Positions 8,434-18,400 are shown, counted from the stretch's first letter. The stretch is DNA of 64,000 nucleotides from Pyrodictium sp. (GCA_013540595.1 JABXKE010000002.1:60050-124049), one strand, 5' to 3'. Notes: generated by a model from the sequence alone, not told the origin. Numbers and translations are program-made.

Positions 8434-10434
8434 TTACCCATCCCTGGGGCTTGGCTTCTCTTCTTTCCTGTGCTCTTTTAGGTGTTCCATAAACCATTCT
8501 ACTATATGTTTGAGCCTCTCTACTCTATGCTTTGGTTTCCCACTCCTGCTGAGGTCGTGGCTTTCTCCTGGGAAGAGTACTAGGCGTGTCTTCACATTGT
8601 TTAGTCTTAGTGCTGTGAAGAACTCTATTGCTTGGTCTAGCCAGCAGCGGTAGTCTTCAGTGCTATGTATAATTAGTGTTGGCGTCTTTGCTTTCTCTAC
8701 GTGCATTAGTGGGCTCTTCTCTAGGTATGCCCTCACATTCCTCCATGGAGGCTCTCCGCAGCCTATCATTGCTGCGTTGTAGTAGAAGCCTATGTCTGTA
8801 GTTCCAAACTTGCTTATCCAGTCACTTATAGAGCGCTGTGTTACTGCTGCCTTGAACCGGTCTGTATGGGTTATAACCCAGTTCGTCATGAATCCACCAT
8901 AGCTTCCGCCTGCGACTCCTGCACGTTCTGGGTCTAGCTTGTCCCCATACTTCTCTAGGACGTAGTCAACTGCCTCCATTAGGTCTTGGTAGTCGCGTTC
9001 ACCGTACCTGCAGCGTATATCTGCGAACTCTTCTGTGTAGCCATCGCTTCCGCGTGGGTTAGTGTAGACTACGGCGAAGCCCTTGTGTGCTAGTAGGTGG
9101 AACTCGTAGTAGAACCCATCACCATACATCATCTTGGGCCCGCCATGGATGTAGAGTATCCACGGCACCTTCCCGCTGCTCTCTAGGGCCTCTTTTGGGG
9201 GCCAGAGTATCCAGCCATCAATAACGGTGCCATCGCTTGCCTTGAACTTGAAGTGCTCTGGTAGTGTAAGTGTGTACTCTCTAGTGAAGGCTTCGTTGAA
9301 TCTTGTGAGCTTCTCTACTCTCCCATCTTCTGCGACGTAGAGTTCTCGGGGCTCAACAGGGCTCATAGCTGTGAACACTACAAGCCTGCCATCTGGGTCT
9401 ACGTCAAACTCGTCGACGCTCTTGTCTTCCAGTCGGAGATAAACAATTGTATTACCCTCTGGTGTTGTGGTGTAGAGTGATACTTTGCCAGCATCAGAGA
9501 CAAAGAAGAATAACTTGCCACTCCCAGGAGCCCATTTAAGGAGTGGTGAACAGCTCTTCCACCGGCTATCGCTCCCCAGGGTGTTCAACGTGTTACGGTC
9601 TAGGCCTTCTGTCAGTACTCTAAGCATCCCCGTCTCTAGGTCGTACAAGTAGACACGGTTGTGGGAGGCGAAGCCCCGGCCCTGCTCGACGTTCCTGCCT
9701 ATAAACGCTAACTGATCCCCACTGGGGCTCCATGCCAGTGCGACTATGCTGAAGCCTCGGAGTGGAAGCTCAGTCTTCTCTCCCGTCACGGTATCGTGTA
9801 TGTATACTCGCGTCTCGTAGGGCTTCAATTCTTCTACCGAGGCTGTGTAGGCCAGCTTTCTCCCATCAGGGCTCCACACAACAACACCCACATCTATGTC
9901 TCCTTCTGTGAGCTGAACAGTGTAGCCACTCGAAGAATCGACAAGGAACACGTGTTTTCTCACATTGTAGGTGAATCCCTCACCATTCCTCCATATTGGA
10001 ATCCTATCTATCACCTTCACATCCTCGTGAGGCTCACCAACCTTAGACACTACAGCTATCCTAGAAGAATCGGGAGACCATTCATACCCAACAATGCCTC
10101 CCTTGAAGTATGCGAGCTTCCAGGGCTCCCTAGACCCGAGCGATGCTATGTAGAGGCTTGCACCCTTATCCCCCTCCTCTAGCCCTCTCTTAGAGACGAA
10201 TGCTAGCCTCTCACCGTCTGGACTCCACTTCGGGCATGAGTCATCGGGGCCGCCAGTGAAGGGGTAGGCCTCGTTGCTCTCTAGGTCGTAGATCCAGACA
10301 GCTGACTCGTACTTGTCCTTTTCTAGGTTCATCTTTGTGACGAGGAAGGCTACTAGCTTCTTTTGAGGGTTGAGTGCTGGGCTTGATACTAGGGTCAATT
10401 TTGCAATGTCTTCAGGGCTGAGGAGCCTGCCCAA
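8434..10434 (-). CDS. S9-family serine peptidase (acylaminoacyl-peptidase or prolyl-oligopeptidase type) with an N-terminal beta-propeller.
   Basis: Repeated SPDG(R/E)(K/R)LA(Y/F) propeller blades are followed by the catalytic GGSYGGFMT (GxSxGG) motif and the Asp/His region. Length is 666 aa. Confidence 0.9.
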   Translation of the reverse strand: MGRLLSPEDIAKLTLVSSPALNPQKKLVAFLVTKMNLEKDKYESAVWIYDLESNEAYPFTGGPDDSCPKWSPDGERLAFVSKRGLEEGDKGASLYIASLGSREPWKLAYFKGGIVGYEWSPDSSRIAVVSKVGEPHEDVKVIDRIPIWRNGEGFTYNVRKHVFLVDSSSGYTVQLTEGDIDVGVVVWSPDGRKLAYTASVEELKPYETRVYIHDTVTGEKTELPLRGFSIVALAWSPSGDQLAFIGRNVEQGRGFASHNRVYLYDLETGMLRVLTEGLDRNTLNTLGSDSRWKSCSPLLKWAPGSGKLFFFVSDAGKVSLYTTTPEGNTIVYLRLEDKSVDEFDVDPDGRLVVFTAMSPVEPRELYVAEDGRVEKLTRFNEAFTREYTLTLPEHFKFKASDGTVIDGWILWPPKEALESSGKVPWILYIHGGPKMMYGDGFYYEFHLLAHKGFAVVYTNPRGSDGYTEEFADIRCRYGERDYQDLMEAVDYVLEKYGDKLDPERAGVAGGSYGGFMTNWVITHTDRFKAAVTQRSISDWISKFGTTDIGFYYNAAMIGCGEPPWRNVRAYLEKSPLMHVEKAKTPTLIIHSTEDYRCWLDQAIEFFTALRLNNVKTRLVLFPGESHDLSRSGKPKHRVERLKHIVEWFMEHLKEHRKEEKPSPRDG

Positions 10435-10601
10435 GGCCCACTATTCACCTACGCCTAGTAGTGTTGTAGTAGAGGGTTAAAAGGTGGCTGCAAGACTAGG
10501 TGCACGTTGACCTGACTTGCTCTGGGTTTTGCGTGGTAGAGAGTTTATTTCTCCTGGTATAATTGTAGTCTAGTTGAACAAGCTCGTTTGGTGGGTGTAC
10601 A

Positions 10602-11990
10602 GTGTTCGAAGAAGTCGAGTCTAAAGCCCTCAGCTTCATAGAGAGTAGGTACCGTGAGTACATTCGTGTCCTCGGCGAGCTCGTAGCTGTTGACACTGTC
10701 TCAGCTCAACGTAGCAGTAGTGAGATGATGAAGGGTGCACAGCTCGTCTCATCGATACTATCTAATGCTGGTTTTCGTACAGAAGTGAAGAACTATGGTG
10801 GTCACCCCATAGTAGTAGGCGAGCTTGGGGATGGCCCCATAACAGTACTAATCTACAACCACTACGATGTACAGCCACCTGAGCCTCTTGAGCTCTGGGA
10901 CTCTAACCCATTCGAGCTTGTTGAGCGTGATGGCAAGCTTTATGGTCGTGGTGTAGCAGATAATAAGGGTAATATTGTTGCTAGGCTTGCAGCTGTAGAG
11001 GCTCTCGCACCCTACCTCGACGAGTTGGGGGTCAAAATTAAGTGGATTATTGAGGGAGAAGAGGAGATAGGGTCCCCCACACTCCCCAAGGCAGTCGAGG
11101 AGCTTAGGGACTGGCTTAAAGCTGATGGCGGGTTCTGGGAGACAGGTTATGTTAGCCGTAAGGGGCGCCTAATAATACCACTAGGCTTTAAGGGAATGCT
11201 CTACGTTGAGGTGATTGTACGCGGAGCAAATAGGGATGTTCACAGTGGTTCGGCTCCACTAGTGCCTAACCCTGTCTGGAGGCTTGTGAAGTTTCTATCA
11301 TCAATAAAGGATGAGGATGGGAGAATACTAGTCGACTGGCTCTATGATGGAATGATTGATCTTGGCCCAGAGGCTGTTGAGCTACTCAAGGACATAGACA
11401 TTGAGGATCTTGAAGAGATGAAGAAGCAGCTTGGAATAGAAAGGTTCAACATGGGCTTGGAGGGTCTTGAAGCACTAAAACACCTCTACCTAATGCCATC
11501 AATAAATGTTTCAGGACTATACGCAGGCTACATTGGTAAGGGCTCTAAGACCGTTATACCCTCAATAGCTGGCGCAAAGATAGACATACGCCCCGTGCCA
11601 GGCCAAGACCCAGAGAGGCTCTTTAAGCTCTTCAAAAAATTCTTAGAAGAGAAGGGGCTAGGCGATGCTGAAGTAATAGTCCACGGCGCTATGTATCCCG
11701 CTGGCTACACTAAGCCGAGCGAGGACATAGTGAAGGCGTCAGCTGAGACTGCTGAGAGAGTCTACGGTATAAGGCCTCAACTTATACCGTTGTCAGCCGG
11801 CTCAGGGCCATACTACTACATAGCAAACTACGTGGGCACACCCTTAACAGGCGCTGGTGTGGGCCACTACGACTCAAGGGTACACGCTCCAAACGAGAAC
11901 ATTAGGATAGAAGACTTCGTTAAGAGCATGAAACACGTAGCACTAACAATTATCGAGTTTGCAAAAATGAAAAGGAAAACAACTGGTTAG
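10602..11990 (+). CDS. M20-family metallopeptidase (ArgE/DapE/ACY1/CPG2-like dipeptidase or aminoacylase).
   Basis: Motifs YNHYDVQPP and GRGVADNKG are present, with an H/D/E metal-ligand pattern. The start appears to be GTG or another non-ATG codon according to the ORF track. Confidence 0.85.
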   Translation: MFEEVESKALSFIESRYREYIRVLGELVAVDTVSAQRSSSEMMKGAQLVSSILSNAGFRTEVKNYGGHPIVVGELGDGPITVLIYNHYDVQPPEPLELWDSNPFELVERDGKLYGRGVADNKGNIVARLAAVEALAPYLDELGVKIKWIIEGEEEIGSPTLPKAVEELRDWLKADGGFWETGYVSRKGRLIIPLGFKGMLYVEVIVRGANRDVHSGSAPLVPNPVWRLVKFLSSIKDEDGRILVDWLYDGMIDLGPEAVELLKDIDIEDLEEMKKQLGIERFNMGLEGLEALKHLYLMPSINVSGLYAGYIGKGSKTVIPSIAGAKIDIRPVPGQDPERLFKLFKKFLEEKGLGDAEVIVHGAMYPAGYTKPSEDIVKASAETAERVYGIRPQLIPLSAGSGPYYYIANYVGTPLTGAGVGHYDSRVHAPNENIRIEDFVKSMKHVALTIIEFAKMKRKTTG

Positions 11991-12005
11991 CTCTCACTGA
12001 AATTC

Positions 12006-13619
12006 TTGGAGGAATTATATGGTGGTGCAATAGAATTGGAGTACGACTTAATCATAAAGAACGGCATAGTACTGGATGGCACAGGAACACCGCCTTTCCG
12101 AGCCGATATAGGCATTAGGGGAGACACTATTGCTAAGATAGGGGATCTCTCGGGTTCTAGGGCTGAGAGAGTCATTGATGCTTCAAGCCTCTACGTTGCC
12201 CCTGGCTTCATAGACATCCACAACCACAGCGACGTGGCGCTCCTTGCTACGCCTACAGCAGACAACTACGTACTACAAGGAGTCACTACACTAGTCATAG
12301 GTAATTGCGGCGCATCGCCTGCCCCCTTGTCTGAAAAGAATAGAGAGCTAGTGGAGAGGTACCGGGCCTTATATCCTGAAGTGAGTATTGACTGGAAGAG
12401 CTTTAGTGAGTACCTTGAGAGACTAGACTCTACACCCAAGAAGGTCAATGTTGCAGCATTAGTGGGTTTTGGCGCTGTCCGAAGCTCTGTTCTAGGCCTC
12501 GAGGATGTGAAGCCTACTGATAGACAGTTAGAGGAGATGAAGCAAGCCGTAGAAGAAGCTATGAGGGCTGGTGCTTTTGGGCTATCCACAGGACTGATCT
12601 ACACTCCACAAGACTATGCTGATACAAGTGAAATCATCGAGTTGTGCCGCGTTGTAGCACGGTATGGAGGCATATATGCTACACACATGAGGAATGAGGG
12701 CATAAAACTTCTAGACTCAATCATCGAAGCTGTAACAATAGGGTTGGAGTCTGGGTGCCCAGTAGAGATCTCGCACCTCAAAGCCGTCGGGAAACCTGCC
12801 TGGGGCCTCGTACGGAAAGCCCTACAACTAATAGAGTACTATGCATCGCTAGGCTATGACGTGTCAGCAGACGCTTACCCCTACACAGCCACGTCAACGT
12901 CACTATCCATACTCTTACCGCCATACATGAGAGAGGGAGGAGCCTCTAAGCTTGCAGAAAGACTAGCCAAGATAGATTCCCTAGACAAACTGCGTAGGGA
13001 GATGGAGGAGGCTTGGAAGTTTACAGGAAGAATCATAGAGTGGGACCAGGTAACAATAGCCCTGTCAATGACTCATCCAGAAGTCGAGGGGAAGAGTATT
13101 GAGGAGATAGCAAAGGAGTGGGGTGTGGACCCTGTAGAGGCAATTGTGAGGCTGTTAGTAGATGATGAAGGGCGAACCGCAGCGATATATCACACGCTAC
13201 GCGAGGAAGACGTCATAGACGCTATTAGCTCACCGTTAGTGGCAATCGGTAGTGATGGCTCCGTGCAACGCTACGGTAAAGGCAAGCCACACCCACGGAG
13301 CTATGGTACATTCCCACGCGTCATAGCACGGTACGTGAGAGAACTAAAGATAGTCACTCTACCGGAAGCAATCAGGAAGATGACCAGCCTGCCTGCAAGA
13401 AAGCTCAGGCTATGGGATAGAGGAGTGATAAGGCCGGGAATGAAGGCCGACATAGTAGTACTCGACTACTACCACATACGTGACACCGCCACATTCGAGA
13501 ACCCACACAACTACCCAAAGGGGATAGAGTATGTGGTCGTCAATGGAGCTATTGCAGTAGAAGAGGGAAGGCTAACAAGAGCCATGAGTGGAAAGCTTCT
13601 ACGACGGGGCAGCATGTGA
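12006..13619 (+). CDS. N-acyl-D-amino-acid deacylase (D-aminoacylase), amidohydrolase superfamily.
   Basis: PGFIDIHNHSD metal-binding motif, DAYPYTA motif, about 530 aa. Confidence 0.85.
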   Translation: MEELYGGAIELEYDLIIKNGIVLDGTGTPPFRADIGIRGDTIAKIGDLSGSRAERVIDASSLYVAPGFIDIHNHSDVALLATPTADNYVLQGVTTLVIGNCGASPAPLSEKNRELVERYRALYPEVSIDWKSFSEYLERLDSTPKKVNVAALVGFGAVRSSVLGLEDVKPTDRQLEEMKQAVEEAMRAGAFGLSTGLIYTPQDYADTSEIIELCRVVARYGGIYATHMRNEGIKLLDSIIEAVTIGLESGCPVEISHLKAVGKPAWGLVRKALQLIEYYASLGYDVSADAYPYTATSTSLSILLPPYMREGGASKLAERLAKIDSLDKLRREMEEAWKFTGRIIEWDQVTIALSMTHPEVEGKSIEEIAKEWGVDPVEAIVRLLVDDEGRTAAIYHTLREEDVIDAISSPLVAIGSDGSVQRYGKGKPHPRSYGTFPRVIARYVRELKIVTLPEAIRKMTSLPARKLRLWDRGVIRPGMKADIVVLDYYHIRDTATFENPHNYPKGIEYVVVNGAIAVEEGRLTRAMSGKLLRRGSM

Positions 13620-13793
13620 GGTTAAGGCCTCCTACCTGATGACTTTTTCTAACTCCCACATGCTACCCGCTCGCCCTTCAGAGTATCAGAGTATGGCTAA
13701 AAGTGTAAGGGGAGGAGAATGCTACGGTGGGGATATGGGCAATGTTGGATCCTCTTTATGTGGATGTGAGAAAAAAGGCTTTGTTTACATGGG

Positions 13794-14477
13794 CTAGTCT
13801 CTTGAGGGTATAACGTCTGGGCGGTACCGTGCTAGTACTGCTAGGGCTGCACCAGCAACGAGTACTATTACTGCAAGATAGAGCCCGGTTTCAAGGGTGT
13901 ACCCTAGTTCCTCTTCGTTGTATGGTGTCACTGTCTTCCACGCAGTAATGGTGACAGTTGGCGGTGGAGTAGTGTAGGCTTCCTTGGGCGGTTCTGGCGG
14001 CTTTACAGTGGCTGTAGGCGTCGTCGTTGGCATAGTAGTGGTTGTTGTAGTAGTAGTTGTCTCTTGCTGTTGCTCCTGGACCCCTGTTTGAGTTTGGGTA
14101 CTTGCCTCAAATACTTGCTTGAAGTAGTCGTAGAGTAACTGATACTCCTCATCGGTTATGCCTGCAGCAAACTGCTTCATCTGCTGCATTAACTGATCGT
14201 AGCTTTCCGCCCCACCAAAGGCCTTGTACTCTGACTTTACTGCTTCGTCAAGGCTCGCATACTTTGTTGCCCAAGACCTCACCTTGTCTACTGTGCCCTG
14301 GAAATCTGGTGCAGACGCGCCGTTATGGCAGCTTGCGCATCTAGCCTCAAATACTTGCTTGGCTTTTACCTCGTCAACCTCTGCTAATGCCATTAAGCCA
14401 GTTACGAGTAATAGGCCTACTACTAGTGCAACTATGGTTATCCTAGTGACAACCATCAAGACCCTCACCCCATGCAC
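13794..14477 (-). CDS. Monoheme c-type cytochrome, membrane-anchored. It has an N-terminal TM/signal, a CxxCH motif, a Thr/Pro-rich linker and a C-terminal TM helix.
   Basis: Single heme-c site CASCHNG. A TTTTTTTTTMPTTTPTATVKPPEPP linker is followed by a hydrophobic C-terminal anchor. It is the last gene of the four-gene minus-strand operon. Confidence 0.75.
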   Translation of the reverse strand: MHGVRVLMVVTRITIVALVVGLLLVTGLMALAEVDEVKAKQVFEARCASCHNGASAPDFQGTVDKVRSWATKYASLDEAVKSEYKAFGGAESYDQLMQQMKQFAAGITDEEYQLLYDYFKQVFEASTQTQTGVQEQQQETTTTTTTTTMPTTTPTATVKPPEPPKEAYTTPPPTVTITAWKTVTPYNEEELGYTLETGLYLAVIVLVAGAALAVLARYRPDVIPSRD

Positions 14478-14497
14478 GGATGAGTTATTGTCTCCTA

Positions 14498-15745
14498 TTA
14501 GTGTTCGTGACCATGCTTAAAGTAGTGTGTCATAACTGCCTTGATTGCAGGCTTTGAGAGTAGTAGGTATATGAGTAGGCCTAGTGCGTGTACGCCTACT
14601 GTTATACCGTACTCTATTGGTGTTGGATAGTACGGTCTCACTTCGCCCAGCGTGCTTGGTATGAATGCTGGTATGATTATTGTGAATGTCTTCTCAGCAA
14701 TAACAGCGACTACTATCAGTGCTGATATGGCTACTATTGCCTTCTTATTATTGTGTGTTGATGGTATTAGGGACGCTATTACTGCTGCTGAGCCAAGCCC
14801 CACCCATAGCCACATTAGCACTGCCAGGTATGGCACGTGGAGCCCTAGGAATAGCTCCTTGGCCTGTGCGAGCTTTGACGGCTCTGTTGTGTACCAGAAT
14901 ATCTCTTGGACCTCGCTGAGGGTGAAGTATAGCCCGACGACTGTCGCTATAACTGATATATACAGTGTTTTCCTGTAGACATCAATGCTGACCTTGAAGC
15001 CCTCGATATACCTCTCTGCAAGGTATAGTGCTATGAGTAGTAGTGCAGGCCCACTGGCAAACGCCGTGGCAACGTAGCGTGGTGCCAGCAGCGGGCTATT
15101 CCATATAGGCCTAGCTGTTAGTGCTTGTGAAATGAAAGCTGTTACTGTGTGTATGCCTATAGCAAATGGCGCAGCTATAACCATGAATGGCACTATGAAC
15201 TTTGCTGGTAGTGGCTTATCTTTCCTGTAGTAGTGGACTGTGACGAGCATACCTATAATGTTTATGAGCAAGTATCCTGTTATAACTATGAAGTCCCAGT
15301 CAAGCATTGATCTTAGGTTTGGCAGGCGTGGCATTAGGAACAGTGCCCTTATTGGCCTACCCATGTCAACAACAATTAGCAGCAACACTATTATTAGTGC
15401 AGCTATTGCCTGGACTTCGCCTAGCACAGCAATTTTCTTGAACTCTTTGTCGTTGAATACATAGGCTGCTATAGCGAATACTATTCCTGCAGCAGCCACG
15501 CCAACCCAGAACACGAAGAACGATATGTATATGCCCCACGGCACCGAGTCACTCATAGCAGTAAGTATTAAGCCGCCCTTGTCGCTGCCAAGGAATATTG
15601 GAGCATGCTGCATGAATATCCACAAGTACAAGCCGTACACTGCTAGTAACAGTAGCCCAAATGCCGCCAAGTAGTAGCGCCGACTGCCACGCAGAGCCCA
15701 GCCTATGATGTACTTTATCGTCTCAAACCATTCGGATGCACTCAC
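14498..15745 (-). CDS. NrfD/PsrC/ActC-family polytopic membrane subunit (quinone-interacting) of a complex-iron-sulfur-molybdoenzyme (CISM)-like respiratory module.
   Basis: About 10 predicted TM helices. NrfD-family signatures are present: VPWGIYISFFVFWVGVAAAG and DMGRPIRALF. Confidence 0.7.
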   Translation of the reverse strand: MSASEWFETIKYIIGWALRGSRRYYLAAFGLLLLAVYGLYLWIFMQHAPIFLGSDKGGLILTAMSDSVPWGIYISFFVFWVGVAAAGIVFAIAAYVFNDKEFKKIAVLGEVQAIAALIIVLLLIVVDMGRPIRALFLMPRLPNLRSMLDWDFIVITGYLLINIIGMLVTVHYYRKDKPLPAKFIVPFMVIAAPFAIGIHTVTAFISQALTARPIWNSPLLAPRYVATAFASGPALLLIALYLAERYIEGFKVSIDVYRKTLYISVIATVVGLYFTLSEVQEIFWYTTEPSKLAQAKELFLGLHVPYLAVLMWLWVGLGSAAVIASLIPSTHNNKKAIVAISALIVVAVIAEKTFTIIIPAFIPSTLGEVRPYYPTPIEYGITVGVHALGLLIYLLLSKPAIKAVMTHYFKHGHEH

Positions 15746-15758
15746 TGCTTATCACCTC

Positions 15759-16811
15759 CTACCTCTCCCCCTTACTTGGCGGAGTACGGGCTGGGCCAAA
15801 GAAGTAGAAGAACTTGGGCTTAGCACCAGTTTCAGGCTTCAATACGAAGAGGCCGTACTCCTCTGCTATCCTCCTTATCGGGCTCTCTGGGTCATTCAAG
15901 TCTCCGAATACGCGTGCCCCCACAGGGCAGACCTCCACACACGCTGGCACGCCGCCGTCACGTACGCGCTGGATACACCATGTACACTTCTCTATGACGT
16001 GTGGCTGCCTCGGTATATTACCTAGTATATGCATATTCGGGTTCAGCTCCTGTATCGGCACGACAGGCTTTGCCCAGTTGAAGCGTCTCGCACCGTAGGG
16101 GCATGCCACGGCACAGTACCTACAGCCAATACAGACATCGTAGTCTATGACTACTATGCCGTCAGGCTCCTTGTAAGTGGCCTTGACCGGGCACACCATA
16201 ACGCATGGAGGGTCTTCACAGTGCATGCATGCTATTGGTACGTATACCTTGTCTTTCTTGGGTATCTCCTCGTAATACCAGTTGGAGCCCAAGAGTTCTA
16301 GTGATTCTTCGCGCGATATTTCTAGAACCCTAATCCACTCAATTCCAAGGTTTCTGCCCTGATTATTCTCCATGACGCATGCATAGACGCATCTACGGCA
16401 ACCAATACATTTATTGATGTCCAGCGCCATAGCATACTTTACACCCTTACGTGGCGCAGTAGCTTTAACAGTTATCAACTCAACCTTTTTGCGAGCAAGT
16501 TTGCATTCCTCAGAGTCCTCACCCTTCTCCCTACAGATATTCTCTGCCTCAGCAGAATACCTCTTCTTCAGCTCAGCCTCTTTCTTCTTAGCCCTCTCCT
16601 CCATGGGGGATTCTGCTTCAGCAGTACTCCTCAGTAAGTCTTCAAGACTAACTCTCTTCAAGTTCTTAGCAAGCTTGTCTCTGTCAACTACGAGTACGCC
16701 ACTTATACCGGCTACGCTGGCGCCGACAGCAATGGCTTTGAGGAGGTCTCTTCGTTTCCGATCAACACTACGAGACAAGTTATGCAATGAGCCCTTCGGC
16801 ACGACTATCAA
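15759..16811 (-). CDS. Tat-exported 4Fe-4S ferredoxin-type iron-sulfur subunit (PsrB/NrfC/ActB-like).
   Basis: Twin-arginine signal (RKRRDLLKAIAVGASVAG). Several CxxCxxCxxxCP cluster motifs are present (CIGCRRCVYAC, CMHCEDPPC, CIGCRYCAVACP, CTWC). Confidence 0.8.
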   Translation of the reverse strand: MIVVPKGSLHNLSRSVDRKRRDLLKAIAVGASVAGISGVLVVDRDKLAKNLKRVSLEDLLRSTAEAESPMEERAKKKEAELKKRYSAEAENICREKGEDSEECKLARKKVELITVKATAPRKGVKYAMALDINKCIGCRRCVYACVMENNQGRNLGIEWIRVLEISREESLELLGSNWYYEEIPKKDKVYVPIACMHCEDPPCVMVCPVKATYKEPDGIVVIDYDVCIGCRYCAVACPYGARRFNWAKPVVPIQELNPNMHILGNIPRQPHVIEKCTWCIQRVRDGGVPACVEVCPVGARVFGDLNDPESPIRRIAEEYGLFVLKPETGAKPKFFYFFGPARTPPSKGER

Positions 16812-16822
16812 CCTCGCACCTC

Positions 16823-17551
16823 CTACTTTTCTGCTCTTGTGGCAAAGCGTGTAAGGGCAAAACCTATCGGAATTAAGGCCCCTATAACAGCCAGTACGTT
16901 GGCGATAGCTATGCTGTCCTGGCTTGGGGGCTTAGGCCTCTCAGAGGGTGGAGGCAGCAAGCTAGGAGACGGGTACACTGGGTCATGGGGATCATGGCAT
17001 TCAACGCATGCTCTAGCAGGAACTGTTGTAAGATTCTTGTAGCCGTTCGGGCAGATATGAAAGCTGTATGCTACATCCTTGTAGCCCTTTACTACGAGTA
17101 AATCGCCGTCGGGACAAGTATAGGTCTTATTGCCGTGAACCAAGAGCCTATAGTCCTCATAAGTGCCGGGATGGCAGGTAGCACACAACTTATTGGTCTC
17201 CATGACTAGGCTTCTGTCGTGGTATCCTGGAATATAGACAAACACGTCATTCTTAAGCTCTATCATAAAAGGTGGCTTATGGCAATTCAAACAGTAAAGC
17301 CCTCTATGCGCTCCCCTCGTCAAATCTATGTTGTGGAATGTGCTCGCCTTCTTGTCCCCTGTAAGTTGCATTGTTGCGTGACAATTCGTGCAAGGGTATA
17401 TTGTCTTATAGTACTCCTCGGTTTTCTGAGCCTCAGCATACGCCACATGGATTGCCGCGACAGTCAGTACCAATAATATCATGATGAAGCAGACTGTGCA
17501 CACCGTTCTCGTCAAGGCGTGCACCTCTCCCATCATCCTGCTGTATTCCAT
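16823..17551 (-). CDS. Tetraheme c-type cytochrome (NrfB/ActA-like) with an N-terminal membrane anchor or signal and a C-terminal TM helix.
   Basis: Four CxxCH motifs: CTNCH, CLNCH, CATCH, CVECH. It is the first gene of the minus-strand operon. Confidence 0.8.
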   Translation of the reverse strand: MEYSRMMGEVHALTRTVCTVCFIMILLVLTVAAIHVAYAEAQKTEEYYKTIYPCTNCHATMQLTGDKKASTFHNIDLTRGAHRGLYCLNCHKPPFMIELKNDVFVYIPGYHDRSLVMETNKLCATCHPGTYEDYRLLVHGNKTYTCPDGDLLVVKGYKDVAYSFHICPNGYKNLTTVPARACVECHDPHDPVYPSPSLLPPPSERPKPPSQDSIAIANVLAVIGALIPIGFALTRFATRAEK

Positions 17552-17574
17552 TATTTGACATATAAACTCGCTAT

Positions 17575-17595
17575 TTTACAGTATATAAGTGATCT
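17575..17595 (-). promoter_or_regulatory. Candidate TATA box/BRE for the cytochrome operon (leaderless or short-leader transcript).
   Basis: On the minus strand, TTATATA lies 31-37 nt upstream of the ATG at 17551 (plus-strand coordinates 17583-17589), in an AT-rich intergenic stretch. Confidence 0.25.
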
Positions 17596-17751
17596 ATGCC
17601 AATCCACATTAAAGTTAAAGTAGAGGGGTTTAAGTTGTTAACCCGTAAAGTTTTGGATAAATTAACGTACACTAAATAAAACCGTGCATGTCAACGTTAA
17701 TGGGGATCAAGAGTGGCCATTGCAGGACTCCCATAAGCTTGTTGACTGTGC

Positions 17752-18375
17752 CTAGGGATTGCCCGACGAGAGGGTGCGTTCTATAAGGCTTACAGCACAT
17801 TTCCCAGGGTCGACCTCAACGCCGTCATATACTTTCCCGACTGCATGCCGCAGACAAGCCCAATCGATAAGATCCTCTAGGCCAGCATCTTGTGCTATTC
17901 TACGCGCCTTCTCGAGAATAGCTAGTGCTGAACCCTTAAAGCCCTCCTGGGCCTTAGCAAGAGCCCCTGCAATTATGGCTAACAGTCTACCCTCAACACC
18001 GGCTCTGTGCCACAGTTCTTCCCCGACACTATGTGCTTCCCAGAATCGTTGACCACGCATCATCGCCAGATATCTTCGCGCGAGAACCCACAAAGGTTCA
18101 GATTTATGGTCGTGAGACAGTGATGCGTAATAAGCTTCAAGCACTTTGTAACCTCTACTCTCAAGTGATTCACGCGCATGCTCAAGGCTAGATCCATATA
18201 CAATTAGTTCAATCCACTTAGGAGACACATGAACAGTCAAAGGCTTACCTATGACCCCCCTCAACACTTTTCTGATACTACTGGCATCGCGGGGCTTTAC
18301 ACGCCAGCTATTGGGTATGCGTACAATGACTATCGATGCATTAGACTCATGCAAAATAACACACCAATCAGGCAT
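17752..18375 (-). CDS. DUF309-domain protein.
   Basis: The FWEAHSVGEELWHRA motif matches the DUF309 signature (F-E-A-H-E-x-W-E/H). Confidence 0.45.
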   Translation of the reverse strand: MPDWCVILHESNASIVIVRIPNSWRVKPRDASSIRKVLRGVIGKPLTVHVSPKWIELIVYGSSLEHARESLESRGYKVLEAYYASLSHDHKSEPLWVLARRYLAMMRGQRFWEAHSVGEELWHRAGVEGRLLAIIAGALAKAQEGFKGSALAILEKARRIAQDAGLEDLIDWACLRHAVGKVYDGVEVDPGKCAVSLIERTLSSGNP

Positions 18376-18400
18376 TCTCTGAGAGGCGGTTGGGGATGGG

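Noticed and set aside
9796-10182. 128-aa plus-strand ORF inside the S9 peptidase gene. Analogous internal antisense ORFs exist at 3236-3553, 3680-3979, 12266-12589, 14224-14978, 15814-16854, 22425-22934, 23132-23626, 27364-28062, 33182-33655, 37143-37391, 40227-41499, 42031-43329, 52464-53048 and 56736-57821.
   Set aside because: All are embedded antisense or out-of-frame within longer ORFs that carry recognisable protein-family motifs. They are most parsimoniously non-coding.
14030-14075. Nucleotide repeat underlying the Thr9 run in the monoheme cytochrome gene.
   Set aside because: It is a codon-level low-complexity linker (Thr/Pro-rich stalk) inside a coding gene, not an independent repeat or mobile element.
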